Under the pieces are notes generated by a model, which saw only the letters and a list, made by a program, of their open reading frames with translations, was not told the origin of the DNA and did not search any database. This document shows positions 37,863 through 51,379 of a DNA stretch of 64,000 nucleotides, one piece after another (position 1 is the stretch's first letter; each line of letters opens with the position of its first letter). Source of the stretch: Octopus bimaculoides (lineage: Eukaryota); contig NC_068981.1 in the NCBI RefSeq assembly GCF_001194135.2, positions 153,784,528-153,848,527 of the forward strand, written 5' to 3'. Position numbers and translations under genes: made by a program.

Positions 37863-40450
37863 NNNNNNNNNNNNNNNNNNNNNNNNNNNNNNNNNNNNNN
37901 NNNNNNNNNNNNNNNNNNNNNNNNNNNNNNNNNNNNNNNNNNNNNNNNNNNNNNNNNNNNNNNNNNNNNNNNNNNNNNNNNNNNNNNNNNNCATCTGTAT
38001 CTGCTTTTCATAATAAAATATTTCTTAACACCAGGGAGAGTCTTTTGCTTTCTGAATAAAATAAGTGCACATTAGCATAAAAAAAAAAATCCAAGAGAAT
38101 AATCAACTTTGAACAAATTAATTAACTATTACATATAGTGAGTAGTCTTTTTTTTAATCCCATTCATACATTCAAATATCTTATTATATATATATATTAT
38201 AAAAATCTGAAATGTAAAAGGGTTGAGTGAGGGGCTGACAAACCTTTCTCAAAGAAAAACTGATATGTTATTATCATTAACTAGAATAACTGGCAACATT
38301 GCTAGGATGAACTACAATTGGCAATAACAGAAGTAAACTGTTGCAGCTTGTAATATTACTAACAAACAACAAAATTAAATTCTAATGATGTTATTACAGT
38401 CTAGAAAATGGAGAAAGTAATTTCCCCTACATTATTATTTTTGACTAGTCATGAACTGGTATTTTAGAATAAAAGCTATTAAAATAGCCTTCTACATATC
38501 ATATTCAATGTATACTGACAGTATTTGTCCTGACATAATATCCCTTATGGATTTGTGTTAAAAATGCAATAAATATCAGAGAGACAAACATTTAACCCAG
38601 TAACATTCAGTGTGAGCACCAGACACATTTGAGCCTTTTCAATGTTTACTTAATATTTACTTAATTAAAATATTTACTCAATGTTTACTCAATATTTACT
38701 TAATTAAAACAGCCATCTAAGTACTATCTTTTCTTTATTTATAGATGTTTTCTTTAGGGCTTATTCTTACTTGTGGTAGCTTAAATTCAATTGAAATGAA
38801 CAACAAATCAGTGCAGAAAAAAAGAAAAACATATAAAAAAAAAAAGTTTTGAAAATGAAATAGATTTTAAATGAAATAATTTTTTCGTTTTCATTGTACC
38901 TCCCAAGAAGGAAAAAACAATGTTCTTCACCCGCTGTGGCATCAACAAAGAGATAAAATAGATGGAGATAAAAAGAAAGACAGTGTTGTTAACAGAAATC
39001 AGCATCAGAGAAAATAACAAAAATATTAATAAAATTAACAAAACAACTGAAAAACTCCAAGGGATATCATATTCAATTTTTTTAATATTTTGACAAGAAC
39101 ATTGTTCAGATAAGATTGTCCCACGATGCATTTGGTTTTCACAGGAGCACAGACGATTTCATCTTTAAGCAATGTATCTGGGGAAGTTAAGTTAGCATAC
39201 ATACCACATGCTTCTTCAAGTAAGGTTATGTAACAAAGGTATTTACAAATTTTATATTTTTAAGGAGATTTAATAAAAAAAAGGTTTAAAGATTGAATGG
39301 AATATTAAAGACGTCTATAAAGCTAGTGTGCGTAAAAGCTTAAAGCAAAAAGTTGATAAGCCAAACAATTTTCACATACAAACATATTCACGCACTGCAA
39401 CTACCCAATATTTCCAAAAGACTTAATAAGCCATATTTTGGGCCACCATTGTTGGGTTCCTGTTTGTTTTGGTATTTATGAAGTATAACATCTCCTTATT
39501 TTACTCATTCCTTTCTAATTCTATTTCAGTATTGTTGTTCTATATGTTGTATCAATCGTTGTTAGCTCTTGTCAACAGCAATTTCATTCTCTTTGATATA
39601 TTGCAAATTGGTCTGCCTCCACTTCTCCTTCCTTGGTGCCAAGCAACACAAGGAAAATACGGAGTACTTCCTATGTAGCATATATTTTTGTGTTGTCATG
39701 GTAACTGAAAAGCAACACTGGACAAACATTTGTGTTTTATATATAAATAGTGAAACCAAAACAATATTCTCTTTAGTTTCAGTGTGTTTGAGGAAGGGGA
39801 CAAACAGAACACAAAAAGCAAATTAAAACAAAAAAAGAATAATAGAAATGTCATGGGGATTGACATGTAAAAATTGAGAGAAGTAAATTTATATAAAAGA
39901 GAGAAACATTGCACACCATTTTTCAGTTACCTTGATGATAACTAAACATTATACAAGCATAATATATGTGTATGTACACACACACACACACAAGAATGCC
40001 TGCATCTGCTTTTTGTAATAAAATCTCTCTTATCACCAAGGAAACCCTTGCTGCCTGAATGAGTGCCACACAAATAAGAAAAATTTGAATGAATAATGGA
40101 ACAAATTAATTGTCTCTATTACATGTATTGAGCACATTTTTCATTTCATCCATATACCCAAACATACACATATGTATGTATTTACAATATAAATATGAGC
40201 CATGGAGTGGGTTGAGTAAGGAGCTAACAAGCTCTTCTGATAGAAAAACTTACTATTGGATTGGGATTGTTCAAGGACAAACAATATGCTGCATAGTACA
40301 GAAATAAAGAATAGAGATGGATAGACAAACAGACAGATACACATATAACTAATTAATTAATTAATTGATGACTAAGTTATAACTGGTCAAAGAATACGAT
40401 TGAATATTTTAAAGAGTGAGCAAAGAGGGCACAATGAAAAATAAATACTA

Positions 40451-40725
40451 TCAGGTCATCCTATAAGTTTTGTCCGATTTTACCTTTTTTAAAACTGAAT
40501 GAAATTTAATAGTATTTTAGAAGGTCTAATGGAATTAAAAATCATTTTTATGCATTTGTGAACATTTAAACTAATTAAATATTATTTTACAGAATAATAC
40601 AATTAAAATTTGATTAAAACCCTTTCTAACATGAAAGTATCCAAAGATGAGTACAAAAAAGGAAACTCTGCAGCTGAAGTGACTCAAAACATACACTCAG
40701 TTTATGGGAAAGAATGCATAAGACA
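40451..40725 (+). mobile_element. Mariner 5' end remnant (TIR and start of transposase)
   Basis: TA|tcaggtcatcctataag terminus resembles the 9856 terminus. ATG at 40631 reads MKVSKDEYKKGNSAAEVTQNIHSVYGKEC, a mariner HTH N-terminus. Confidence 0.75.
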
Positions 40726-41196
40726 TGTATATCAGTACATATATAAAATGATCACCTTAAAAGCATAGCATTAAAAGCAATTAACTAGGATATAACTTCG
40801 ATCAAAGCATAGACATTTCTTTCTCATTAAATCCAAGTCATCAACCCAAGTAATTAGACATGTTAATATTTATTCAAAACAGAGTAAACACAAACACACA
40901 CACACACACACAAAGTGACAGTTATTACTAGAAGCTTATCGATAAATATTTAATCAGCAAACAACTGGCTTGGTTGTTAACTGTAAAATAAAACTTATCA
41001 ATAGATGTTGACCAAAATATCTCATCCATCATTTCAGAGTTCCCAAGTCCGGCTAAAATGTTTTTACACTCATCAATCTATTTTGGGCCCTCCCCTGCCA
41101 CGTTTCCTTCCCAAAACACAACAGTAAACAGCAGTCAAGAACTTTACTTTTGCAGTACTGACTTTCATTTTGAATTATTTGCATGGGAGGAGAGTT

Positions 41197-41240
<44 letters not shown>

Positions 41241-43330
41241 CAAACTTTTAGCAACTTACTGATAATTCCACTGTGAAGAAGTTCAAATCAGTACAAAGAC
41301 ACAAAAATATTTCATTTATATTTCCTACTTTCATCTCTACACCAAGAATGGTGGGAGAGATTCAACTACGATTAAACCTCAACCTATTCTTCACTGATTC
41401 GCAAATTAAATGACTATATCCATTCTAAGATCTGTCCCAAGATCAGGGGATATATTACAAAATTATCAGATTGTTTTTGTTTTCTTGTTTAAACCGCATC
41501 TCTATTTTAGGAATTTCAACTAACATCCATTAAAACAAGAAACAATTGCAGACAGAATACTCAATGACTATATTCAAACTGCAGTAAACAGTAGCTATCA
41601 AATATAGAGAGTTATAGATCAGTAATATTCACAGCAGTTTTTCCATCACGTACAATTTTGTAGTCTCATTTACAATATGTCATTACCATCATAACCATTA
41701 TCATCAGTGCTACCATTATCATTATCATTTATAGGCTTTAGTTCCATTTCTTGCATGCCTGTGCTGGCTTCAATTAGAGAATCCATTTAACATAAAAATA
41801 TTTTAACTGAGAAACAAGGTTACTCTAGTATTAAAGTAACAAGCCAAAGAATTGTGAATCAATGAAAGATAATCAAAATGGTCTACAGAGAACAAACAAC
41901 AGACCAGACTAGGATGATACAGCAGTTATTTTATAGTGCATTAAAGACTAAAGACAATTTACTGGTACAATATACAATTCTTAAATTGATCATGACATTC
42001 AAACTGAATTCTTTTATTAACACTTGCAGAAATTCAGAGATATGAGACTATAATGGCTGGATAAATAATCATCAATATGACTAACAATTTTCTGTCCATT
42101 TTTCCAGTCCATCATAGAATGGACAAAGGAATTTGTGGAAGGAGATAGATTTACAGGACAAAGTACTGGATGGAGGGAAAGACAAAGGAATATCTGGAAG
42201 GAGTGATGTATACAGAGGCAAAGGAAGGGATGGTGGGAGAGATAGAGAAAGAGAGAGGTAAAGGAATGGATGGAAGAAAAGAGATATACAAGGACAAACA
42301 GACAAGATCTATGCTTTGGCTTCACTGTAGCAGTCTTTAACCTTGGTCAATACTCCATCAAGAGCTTCAACATGGTCACTCAATGGGCTAGAAATAACAG
42401 CCAAATCTCCCTTAAACCATACCCCACCATATCGCATAAAGAAAGGATGCATTATACAATGTATTTCTAGGCAAGATGGCCAAGGCTGGTTTGCTTAATC
42501 AAAGTTGGCCTAAAGTTAAACAACAATTCATAAATGCAGATGCTATTTTTTTTTCTCTAACACTGAGTTACCCCAACTGCTGTCAATTCCTATTAGATTT
42601 TAGCTATCTTTTTCAGTTCATTTTTCCATAATATTTGTGTTTCAAAATTACATCATGCTTATTATCTGCTAATATTTGTAGTTTGTTTATCTTATCTGAA
42701 AACATTTGATCATTATTGCTCAATATGTGCTTTTTTAGCTGCAAAATAACTCAGTTATCAAGTTTTTTTTTTAAGCATTTCTTTTTTTCTGTGGTAGGTT
42801 ATTCATACAGAGTTCAATTTCCCGTCTTATTTGTTGTCGTGATAAAAAAAAAATGAAAGAGAAACACTGTTATCCACAGAGGATAGTCCAGCTAAATCTT
42901 CCTAATTGTTCAACACTATATAGTATGGTCTTTTTATTTATGTGTGTCTAAGAGGATTTTTTTTGTCAGACATCTGATGAGGAAAAACTCATTATTTCTC
43001 CTCTGACCAGAGACCTGGTCCAAGTGCTTATAACACTAAAAAATCCTCTCAAGAATCGGGGACATGGTGTTAAATCAGGTGATGGATTAGGTCTAACACC
43101 TAACAACTGGCACAATGCAATTTTCAAGATTCTGCATGGTTTCCATCTACCCAATTTCACTCACAAAGCATGAGCAAAACCAAAATTATATTAATATGAC
43201 AAGAGAAAACATTTTTCCAGGGTGCTGCACAGTCCAATGAAACCAAAAAAAAAAAAAACATTTCTTATATCTGACTTAATAATTTTCTTTGGTGTTGTCC
43301 AGCTATTTCATGCATATTCATATTTTTAGC

Positions 43331-43551
43331 TTAACCCTTTATTATTTCAACCAGCCATATCTAGCCCAAATATTCTATCTGTTTTATTTTCAAACTAGTT
43401 ACATCTGGTCTCTCACACTTACCCTACAATGTCATTCTAAACATAAACAACTATATCATCGAAAGCTACAAGATTATGCATGATCAATTCAAAACAATGT
43501 GAATAAATATGCATCACATTTGACAGAGTAATCTGAATATTAAAAGGTTAA
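43331..43551. mobile_element. piggyBac-like MITE copy
   Basis: ttaaccctt start; aatattaaaaggttaa end; family body. Confidence 0.85.
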
Positions 43552-45626
43552 GTTGTGGTGGTTGTTGTGAATGCTGAGATGGTAATTGACTTGGTAAATG
43601 TAATTAGCTTCTACAATAGCTATGATATCAATGTACAGCTGCTATTGACTGACAGCCATAGCCAAATCATCTTAACTGCAATTCATTATCATCATTGTTT
43701 CAACATCCAATTTTCCATGCCCACATGGGTCAGAAGATGGAATTTGTTGAGGTAGATTTTCTAAAGCTGGATGCTCTTCATGTCACCAACCCTCACCTGT
43801 TTCCAAGTAAGGTAATATTTTCCCCATGACCAGACATGTTTTCACAGAAGACTGGAAATAAAGAACATCACTTGTATGATGGTGACACTCATTTACAATT
43901 ATCATGCAAGGAGACAATAACACACACAGACAATGGGCTTTCTTTAGTTTCCATCTATCAAATCCACTTGTCCAAGATGTTATGCAATAGGACTGAACAC
44001 TGAATCGTGCGGTTGGAAAGCAAATTTCTTACCACAGAACCACACCTGCAATTCTAACATTGAAAATCTGAACTTCCCATTGAGTTTTCCTCCACTTCAG
44101 TGTAACAAGCAAAATGCCATCAGGTCTCATCAATTTGGGGGATTTTAGCAACAGAAGAAACTACTGTACTTAGTAGACACAAACCCAAAAGAGTAGAAAG
44201 AATGTTCCATTTCAGTTTGATGTTTGTTACAAGCATAAAGCTCATGAATATTCTTTTCTACTCTAGGCACAAGGCCTAAAACTTTTGGAGAGGGGCCAGT
44301 TGATTAGAACTACCCCAGTACAGAACTGGTACTTTATTTATCGACCCCAAAAGGATGAAAGGTGGAATCTGAACTCAGAACATAAAGACAGATGAAATAC
44401 TGCTAAGCATTTCGCCCAGTGTGCTAACGTATCTGCCAGCTCACCGCTTTACAAGCATAAACCCCATGAATATTGAACAAATAATAAATTGACAGCTAAG
44501 ATTTTAATGCAAATGATATTATGCATAAGAAGCATCAATGTGAGACAAAAAATAAGCAGCTAGGTCAATGATGACACACCAAGTCACAAATGAATTATCT
44601 GTGAAGCACAAGATACTCATTGAGATAAACTACCTGTTAAAATAAAGATAAAACACTATGGTAAAAATACAGTACTTAATTTTAGAAAAGAAAATGGCAA
44701 GAACTTTGTTGTGTAATCAATAATGCAGTTCCCCAGTAAGCGATAACTATATGATTTAAGTCCCGCAGTGAACCTGTTGTCTTTTGTATGTTTTTTACAA
44801 TTTCAAATTGGTATTTACAACATCTCATATAATATACATTAAAATTATAGCTGTTAATTTATAATTAGATCAATTGTGTTGAAAAAGTTTGATAAATATT
44901 TTTTTTTTTTAATTTTCAACTCTAAATAAACATTTCTAACAAGATCTACATTTGATGAAATTTTATACTCATAATGACAATATTGTCTGGAGCCTGAATC
45001 ATTTGGCTGCCATATAAATCTAAATACAACAAAAAAAAAAATGAATACATTTTGTGGTTTAATTTTATCATGACACAAGTTATTTTTATCCTTTGATTAC
45101 TTGCCTGTCGATTTCACAAGCATGCCATCCAACTCATGCACTTTAAATTAGCAAACCATTATAATACAAATCATTAAAGAGAAACTAATTATATGATTTG
45201 TTTCAAACATCCAGACAGTAGAAGACATATTTCTTCATCATTGCTTCTCCATTATATCTTTACTGAGAAAGAGAAAAACAGAACAAACAATTTTACTTCA
45301 AATCATGCTCTACCATCTTAAAAAAGGAAGACCACAACGGACAATGTAGTCCTCAGTATATAAAGAGAAAGGATGGTTACAACTAACATACTTTGGGCCA
45401 TATGTCAACTGGATCAGAGCTAGCTTGGAGTTTAATAATAACAACAAATATCAGTTACTTTTACAATGCACATTCCACCACGTAGAGTATAGCATTCCAG
45501 TACAACAGTTAGAACATTCCATTCAAGCAAAATTTGCCTTTCATTCAATAATTACCACAATACACAGGAATTAATTCAACTAACTATACAGAGATTAGTT
45601 CTAGCAATAAATTTCCCCAAGCTTTT

Positions 45627-45854
45627 TTAACCCTTTAGCATTTAAACCAGCCATATCCAACCAAAATAATCTACCTGTTTTATCTTGAAACTGGTCAGAT
45701 TTGGCCTCTCACATTTACCCTACAATATTATTCTAAAAATAAACAATCATGTCATTGAAATCCCTAAGCTACAAGATAATACATGACTAATTCAAACCAA
45801 TGTGAATAAATAAACATTAAATTTGACAGAGAAATCTGAATGCTAAAGGGTTAA
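45627..45854. mobile_element. piggyBac-like MITE, intact ends
   Basis: TTAA|CCCTTTAGCATT...AATGCTAAAGGG|TTAA. Confidence 0.93.
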
Positions 45855-46304
45855 AAACTTTACACCTATAATACATAAAAGGATTTATCAATATTATACG
45901 TAACAATCTTCATTTCACTGTAGTTTTGTGGTACTAGAGATTTCTAGAAGCCATTTGCTGTAATATGCCATGGTACAAAAGCTTGCAAATTTTTTTTTAA
46001 GTATATGATAGGAGTACAACAATAACAAAACAAATGGAAAGGTACTTTTTCGGTTAAACTGTAAAAGATTTTTTTGGTTACATAATTGTATGCATTTTTC
46101 ACTCCCTCACTCTCTCTCTCATTCACACTTAAGCTGTTTGCTTCATTTTAATGGTAAATTATCACAAGGCAAATAGTCATAAGAATCATTAGTGATTACA
46201 GATATTCAAAGCCATAATCAATATTTGTCTTGCTTTGCTTTGGATCCTCACAACATATGTCTTGAGCGTTGTTAGACCTGGAAGAGCTCAACTCTCTCCA
46301 GGTC

Positions 46305-46504
46305 TAACCCTTTAGCATTCAGATTAATCTGTCAACAGTCATGCTCATTCATTCAAATTTCAAATTAATTATGCATTATCTCATAGTTTTGAGATGTCGA
46401 GGAAGTGATTATTTATTTTTGAATGACATTGTAGGGTAGGTGCAAGTTTGAAAATAAAACAGGTCAAAATATTTGGGCCAGATACAGCCTCTTTAAATGC
46501 TAAA
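46305..46504. mobile_element. piggyBac-like MITE copy, opposite orientation to 45627-45854
   Basis: Begins ccctttagcattcagattaatctgtcaa, the reverse complement of the right end of the 45627 copy. Confidence 0.82.
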
Positions 46505-46556
46505 TACAGCCAATTTCTTCCAGAAAGACAGACAGACAGACAAAAGAAACACAGAC

Positions 46557-46900
46557 AGGCGCAGGCACAACTGTGTGGTAAGAAGCTTGCTTCCCAACCA
46601 CATGGTTCTGGGTTCAGTCCCACTGCATGGCACCTTGGGCAAATGTCTTCTACTATAGCCCAGGCTGACTAAAGCCTTGTGAATGGATTTGGTAGACAGA
46701 AACTGAAAGAAGTTCCCTCATCACTGTTTGACAACTGGTGGTGTGTTTTTTGTGTCCCTGTCATTTAGCAGTTCAGCAAAAGAGATCAATAAAATAAGCA
46801 CCAGGCTTTAAAAAGTACTGGGGGTCAATACATTCAACTAAAAGTTCTTCAAGGTGGGGCTACAGTATGGCTGCAGTCTAATGACTGAAACAAGTAAATA
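46557..46900 (+). mobile_element. tRNA-derived SINE (same family as 15397-15778)
   Basis: Head aggcgcagg...gtgtggtaagaagcttgcttcccaaccacatggttctgggttcagtccc and shared tail. Confidence 0.85.
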
Positions 46901-46914
46901 GCAAAAAAAGTAAG

Positions 46915-47020
46915 AAGACAGACAGGAGAAACACAGACAGACAGGAGAAACACAGACAGACAGGAGAAACACAGACAGACAGGAGAAACACAGACAGACA
47001 GGAGAAACATAGACAGACAG
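46915..47020. repeat. 19-bp tandem repeat (gacaggagaaacacagaca), about 5.5 copies
   Basis: Near-perfect units from 46921 with period 19. Confidence 0.95.
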
Positions 47021-48019
47021 TGAAGAATCAACTCCAAGCAACTCTGCCAATTCACTACCTTATTATCACAATGTGAATTATTGATTACCTCATTATTTGA
47101 CAACTGAAATTAAACATTATCATCAATACAGCATAATAATACTAAATTATTAAGAACTAACAAATAAATTCCAAACATGTGATACAGTCTGAATGGAACA
47201 TTTTCAGAAGAACATTACTCCAACATGTCAAAGAAACCGATAAAAGCTGATGCACATTGGAGTTCTATTTACATAGACATTTCCTGGAATAGATAAATTG
47301 TTCAGCCTAAAATGCAAAAAAAATTCATGTCTGAAATGTCAAATTTTGATGATATTTGTTGTCATTTGATGAACAGCCTAGCCATGACTGGCTTATATGT
47401 CATTGTAGATGCACTTTTCTAAGATTAAAAGTGTTATAGTTAGTGGTGAGGAAAATCTGGCTGTTATTTCAGGCTAAGTTACTAAAAAAAAAATCTTGGT
47501 AATTCACTTGTAGAAAATTCATTGTCTCCCTGCACCTGTGCACCCACCCAACTTTAACACACCCACCAAAAATTCCTTCATAACTTTCTCCTATTTCAAT
47601 TATTTTACTATATATTAATTAATGACTGCAAAATTTCCCCTAATGCACAATCCAGTGACTGGATCGCTTTTAGGGTTATGGAAAGAATGGTGTATTTTCC
47701 ATCACCCAAAAAGCAATCTAAAATTTGCTCCTCACCTCACAAAACCCTTGAATCCTGCCTCTCTATAAAGTTTTATCCCAATCTATGAAAATACACTGGA
47801 GTGAGTGACATTCCCAAGAAAGAAAATTACTCAGCTACTGCTACTAACCACTTACTACTGTCACCTGATAACTTTTCAAAGTTAGCAGAAACAAATTGCA
47901 AACAAAACCACTTCTTCACTTTGAACCTTCCTTTTACCATCTATACAGTTTCCCTTATGGATAGGTCTAAGAGAGAAATGCTTTATATGTCATGCAGTGG
48001 TCTCTCGCCTTTGAGGACT

Positions 48020-48440
48020 TCAGTGAGAGCAATGTTGTAGTCCTTAACAACAACAAAGCCTTCAGTATTATTTAACATGAGAACCTGCAAGCTAAGTTGC
48101 CAACCTAGTGGATCTATTTATCTCATGGATTAGTAGTTTCTTCTCAGACAGCTCCAGTGCAGCATGTTGTGAAGAGACACTCTCAAACCACTTTTTAGCA
48201 ACTCTGATACAGTCCAAATTTTGGTTGTTTTGCATACTCTACCTCCACTACATTAATAACCAACTGTTGTTATTGATAATTATGTATGCTACTTATGTAG
48301 ATGATACTGTTGCTCACTCATTGACCATCTATGCCTATACATCACCCTCATGCAACCTAGCTGCCTCATGCCAGAACTGCAACAACCTCAAATGGGATGA
48401 CAATCTGGAACTTCAAAGTTGCTGGCCCTTCTTTCATGGT
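48020..48440 (+). mobile_element. Decayed CR1/L2-type RT fragment
   Basis: ISWISSFFSDSS...LHYINNQ...TYVDDT corresponds to W-I-x-SFL-x-D-R ... LxYINDL ... YADD. Confidence 0.7.
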
Positions 48441-49056
48441 GACCACATTTCTATAACATTACCAAAATAGTACCCTAAAGTCTAGTCAGGGCAAGAAAAA
48501 TAGTTTAGCTCCAATCAGTAGTTGACCAACCCTATACAAAGCTCGAGTAAGACTTACATTGAAGAACTATAAAAAACAGATGGTGCTGCTACTAATATAC
48601 ACAAATATCCCAGACTGCATCCAGCACCATTCAATTAAATAGTAAATATTCACTCACCATCACATTATAACCATTTTGTCCCAGATGTGCTGTTTCTACT
48701 CTGTGTCTCTTCTTTTGCTAGTACAATGGTCTGTTTCCCTGAACTATCTTGTTGCATGCCCACTCCACCCAAGCCTGTCTAATACACTCCTACACTGACC
48801 CCTTGTCAACCCAACCGACTGAAACACACACTTTGTCCATGTTTTCAATATTGACATTGATTTAGAGAATGCAAAACAGAATATCAATTTCACTTGAAGG
48901 CCTGCAAGAGTCATAGACACTAAGCATTCCTCTTCCTTTGTCTAATATTAAAACAATATAAACCAAACAAATAAAATTTTCAATTTGACCCTAAACAAGA
49001 TTTAAATGAGTATAGTCAAAGGTAACTGAAAAATAGAGACTTGAAATGGGGCTGGG

Positions 49057-49059
<3 letters not shown>

Positions 49060-49093
<34 letters not shown>

Positions 49094-49296
49094 NNNNNNN
49101 NNNNNNNNNNNNNNNNNNNNNNNNNNNNNNNNNNNNNNNNNNNNNNNNNNNNNNNNNNNNNNNNNNNNNNNNNNNNNNNNNNNNNNNNNNNNNNNNNNNN
49201 NNNNNNNNNNNNNNNNNNNNNNNNNNNNNNNNNNNNNNNNNNNNNNNNNNNNNNNNNNNNNNNNNNNNNNNNNNNNNNNNNNNNNNNNNNNNNNNN

Positions 49297-49336
<40 letters not shown>
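49060..49336. repeat. (CT)n microsatellite spanning a gap
   Basis: CT runs on both sides of N 49094-49296. Confidence 0.95.
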
Positions 49337-49340
<4 letters not shown>

Positions 49341-50908
49341 AGCTGAATAATTAACTGATTTAACTAGACTTGGCCATGTCTCCTCTCCAACAGCAGTACA
49401 TCAATACCATAAAAATTGCTACAGATTGTCTCCAGTGAAGTTGGAAATAGCTGCACCATTCAGTGGCCATTCAGAAAGTATCTCATTAGAATAGAAAATG
49501 TAGATTTAATAGGCTGCTGCTACTTCTGTGGCTGGTTAAAACAGCCATGACATTTCTAATCTTTGAAAAACAAAAGCTAAAATACAATTATTATTAGTAA
49601 TAGAAGTAGTCAGAGTAGTATTTGCTAATTTTCTTTGTGAATATCTCTTGTCAACTTGAGAACAAATGCTACATAATCTATATGGAAATACTTGTGATAT
49701 AAATAAATATTGTAGGAGAAATAAACAAAACAGTCAAATAATCCAAAGTCAATATTCCAAACATTAATTATAAATAATATAAAACAGCCAACAAACATTA
49801 ACAGTTATATCAATATAATCTACTTTCAAATGATAAACAATCACAAAACAACAACAAATGGTGATAGTGATTGTGGTGATGGCTGAGGGGTTGTCGTGTT
49901 ACATTTTCTTAATGCTTAGATAAATTCAATAAAACTGGAACACATCTAAGAGTCAAAAGACATCTAGAGTACAGTAAACAATTTCATATGTTCAATGTGT
50001 GGATGTGTTGTTTACAACTTGTTGAAATTCCATGGAAGGGGAAGCCAATCCCAAGATTGCATTACATGAGAAAACTAAACATTTGAAATTTCTCTATTAA
50101 TCTTTCCTCATAGCATGAATGTCTCTGGAAAGTAGTTTTGAATCTAGTCACATCACATCTTATCTGAAGCTGGAATATTAATTACAAATTAGAACTTAGG
50201 ACTAGGTCACATTAACCATTATACACCAAAGGAGTCATAAATAAAAAGCAAACATGAAATGTTGTTATCATTGAGAAAAGAAACTCTAGATTTGATTCAG
50301 AAAAAAAAAACCAGTTGATTTATTAGTGAGATTATTGGCATATTCTAGGTTAACGAAAGTCGGNNNNNNNNNNGGGAGGTGCCTTTTATTTCTTGAAGAA
50401 AAATAATAAATGCGTGTATGTAGATGAGACAGAGGGGAGCATATGGAAGACAGAGAGAGGGATTGTGAAAGAAAATGTGAGATTGTGTGTGAGAGGGAAG
50501 GAGCAAAAGAGAAAAAAAGTGGAAGAGAGTGAAAGGAAAAACCTTTTCTTGCTTTTCTTAATGTAAAAAGAAACAAAATATAATCCACCACTGTAATCTC
50601 TGTAACTGAATTCAACTGAACACACCAGCAAATAAAATGAGTTTATAGCATAAATATTTCTTTCTTCTTTTACTAGTTTCACATAATGGACTGAGAAAAC
50701 GCTGGAACACCATATTCAAGGATTTAGTTGAACATATCAACTCCACCCAGTGTATATTTTCGAGTCTGGTACTGTTTTCACTACATTCACTTGTTGAATT
50801 ACCAAGTTGTGGGACACACAAATTCTGGATTTTTTTTTTTTTAAGCAGAGTCAATACAAAAAGACAGAGGTATGTGTGCATACTAGATGTATATATCAGT
50901 GATGGAGG

Positions 50909-51368
50909 CAGTATTAATACCGAGGTAATATTTATTCCCACTTAAACATGATGTTCTATTAGAACAAACTTTACTGTGGTAGATACCATGAGAGAAACTC
51001 TCACATAAGCTTTTGGTACAAAATGGATGCTTGTTTATATTGCTAGTGGGGAGGTAAATCCCCGCCAACTCCAGCACAGAGAACACCAGATCACGTGATT
51101 TGAACCTTCCTTGATCTCATCAGTGATGGATGCTCGACTGCTAGAGATAGCAGTGACTCACCTGCCCACCATCAATATATAGCAAATCAGTGCCAAAACA
51201 GGTGCTGATATCACGATTAGCCAGTGAGCTTGTTAAAAAAATATATACTAACAACAGAGTCAGTATCAATACTGAGATGTAATATTTATTCCCACTTGGG
51301 TGTTCTATTAGAGAAAAACCTTTACTGCAGTAGACACCATGGGAGAAATTCTCACATAGGCTTTTGGT
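50909..51368. repeat. Imperfect ~110-bp direct repeat pair (offset 352 bp)
   Basis: 50909-51017 and 51261-51368 align: cagtat.aatac.gag..taatatttattcccactt...gttctattaga...ctttactg..gtaga.accatg.gagaaa.tctcacata.gcttttggt. Confidence 0.88.
51084..51128 (-). ncRNA. Minimal type I hammerhead-ribozyme-like motif (G12 lost)
   Basis: Minus strand: catca-CTGATGA-gatc(aaggaa)ggtt-cAAA-t-cacgtg-ATC-tggtg. Stem I is 5 bp including one G-U, the loop III palindrome is CACGTG and the triplet is AUC. Confidence 0.6.
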
Positions 51369-51379
51369 GCTGTTGTGTT

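Noticed and set aside
827-39177. Apparent family of short peptides ending in hydrophobic F/W/C tails (CQFFWHFLTIC*, ILFMLWQLTVFT*, SICFWMVL*, GVFQLFC*)
   Set aside because: The T-rich minus strand produces F/L/C/W codons by composition, and the peptides do not align beyond that.
48108-48470. 120-aa ORF (and 58033-58275) as host genes
   Set aside because: The first is a decayed CR1/L2 RT; the second lies antisense to a probable LINE remnant.
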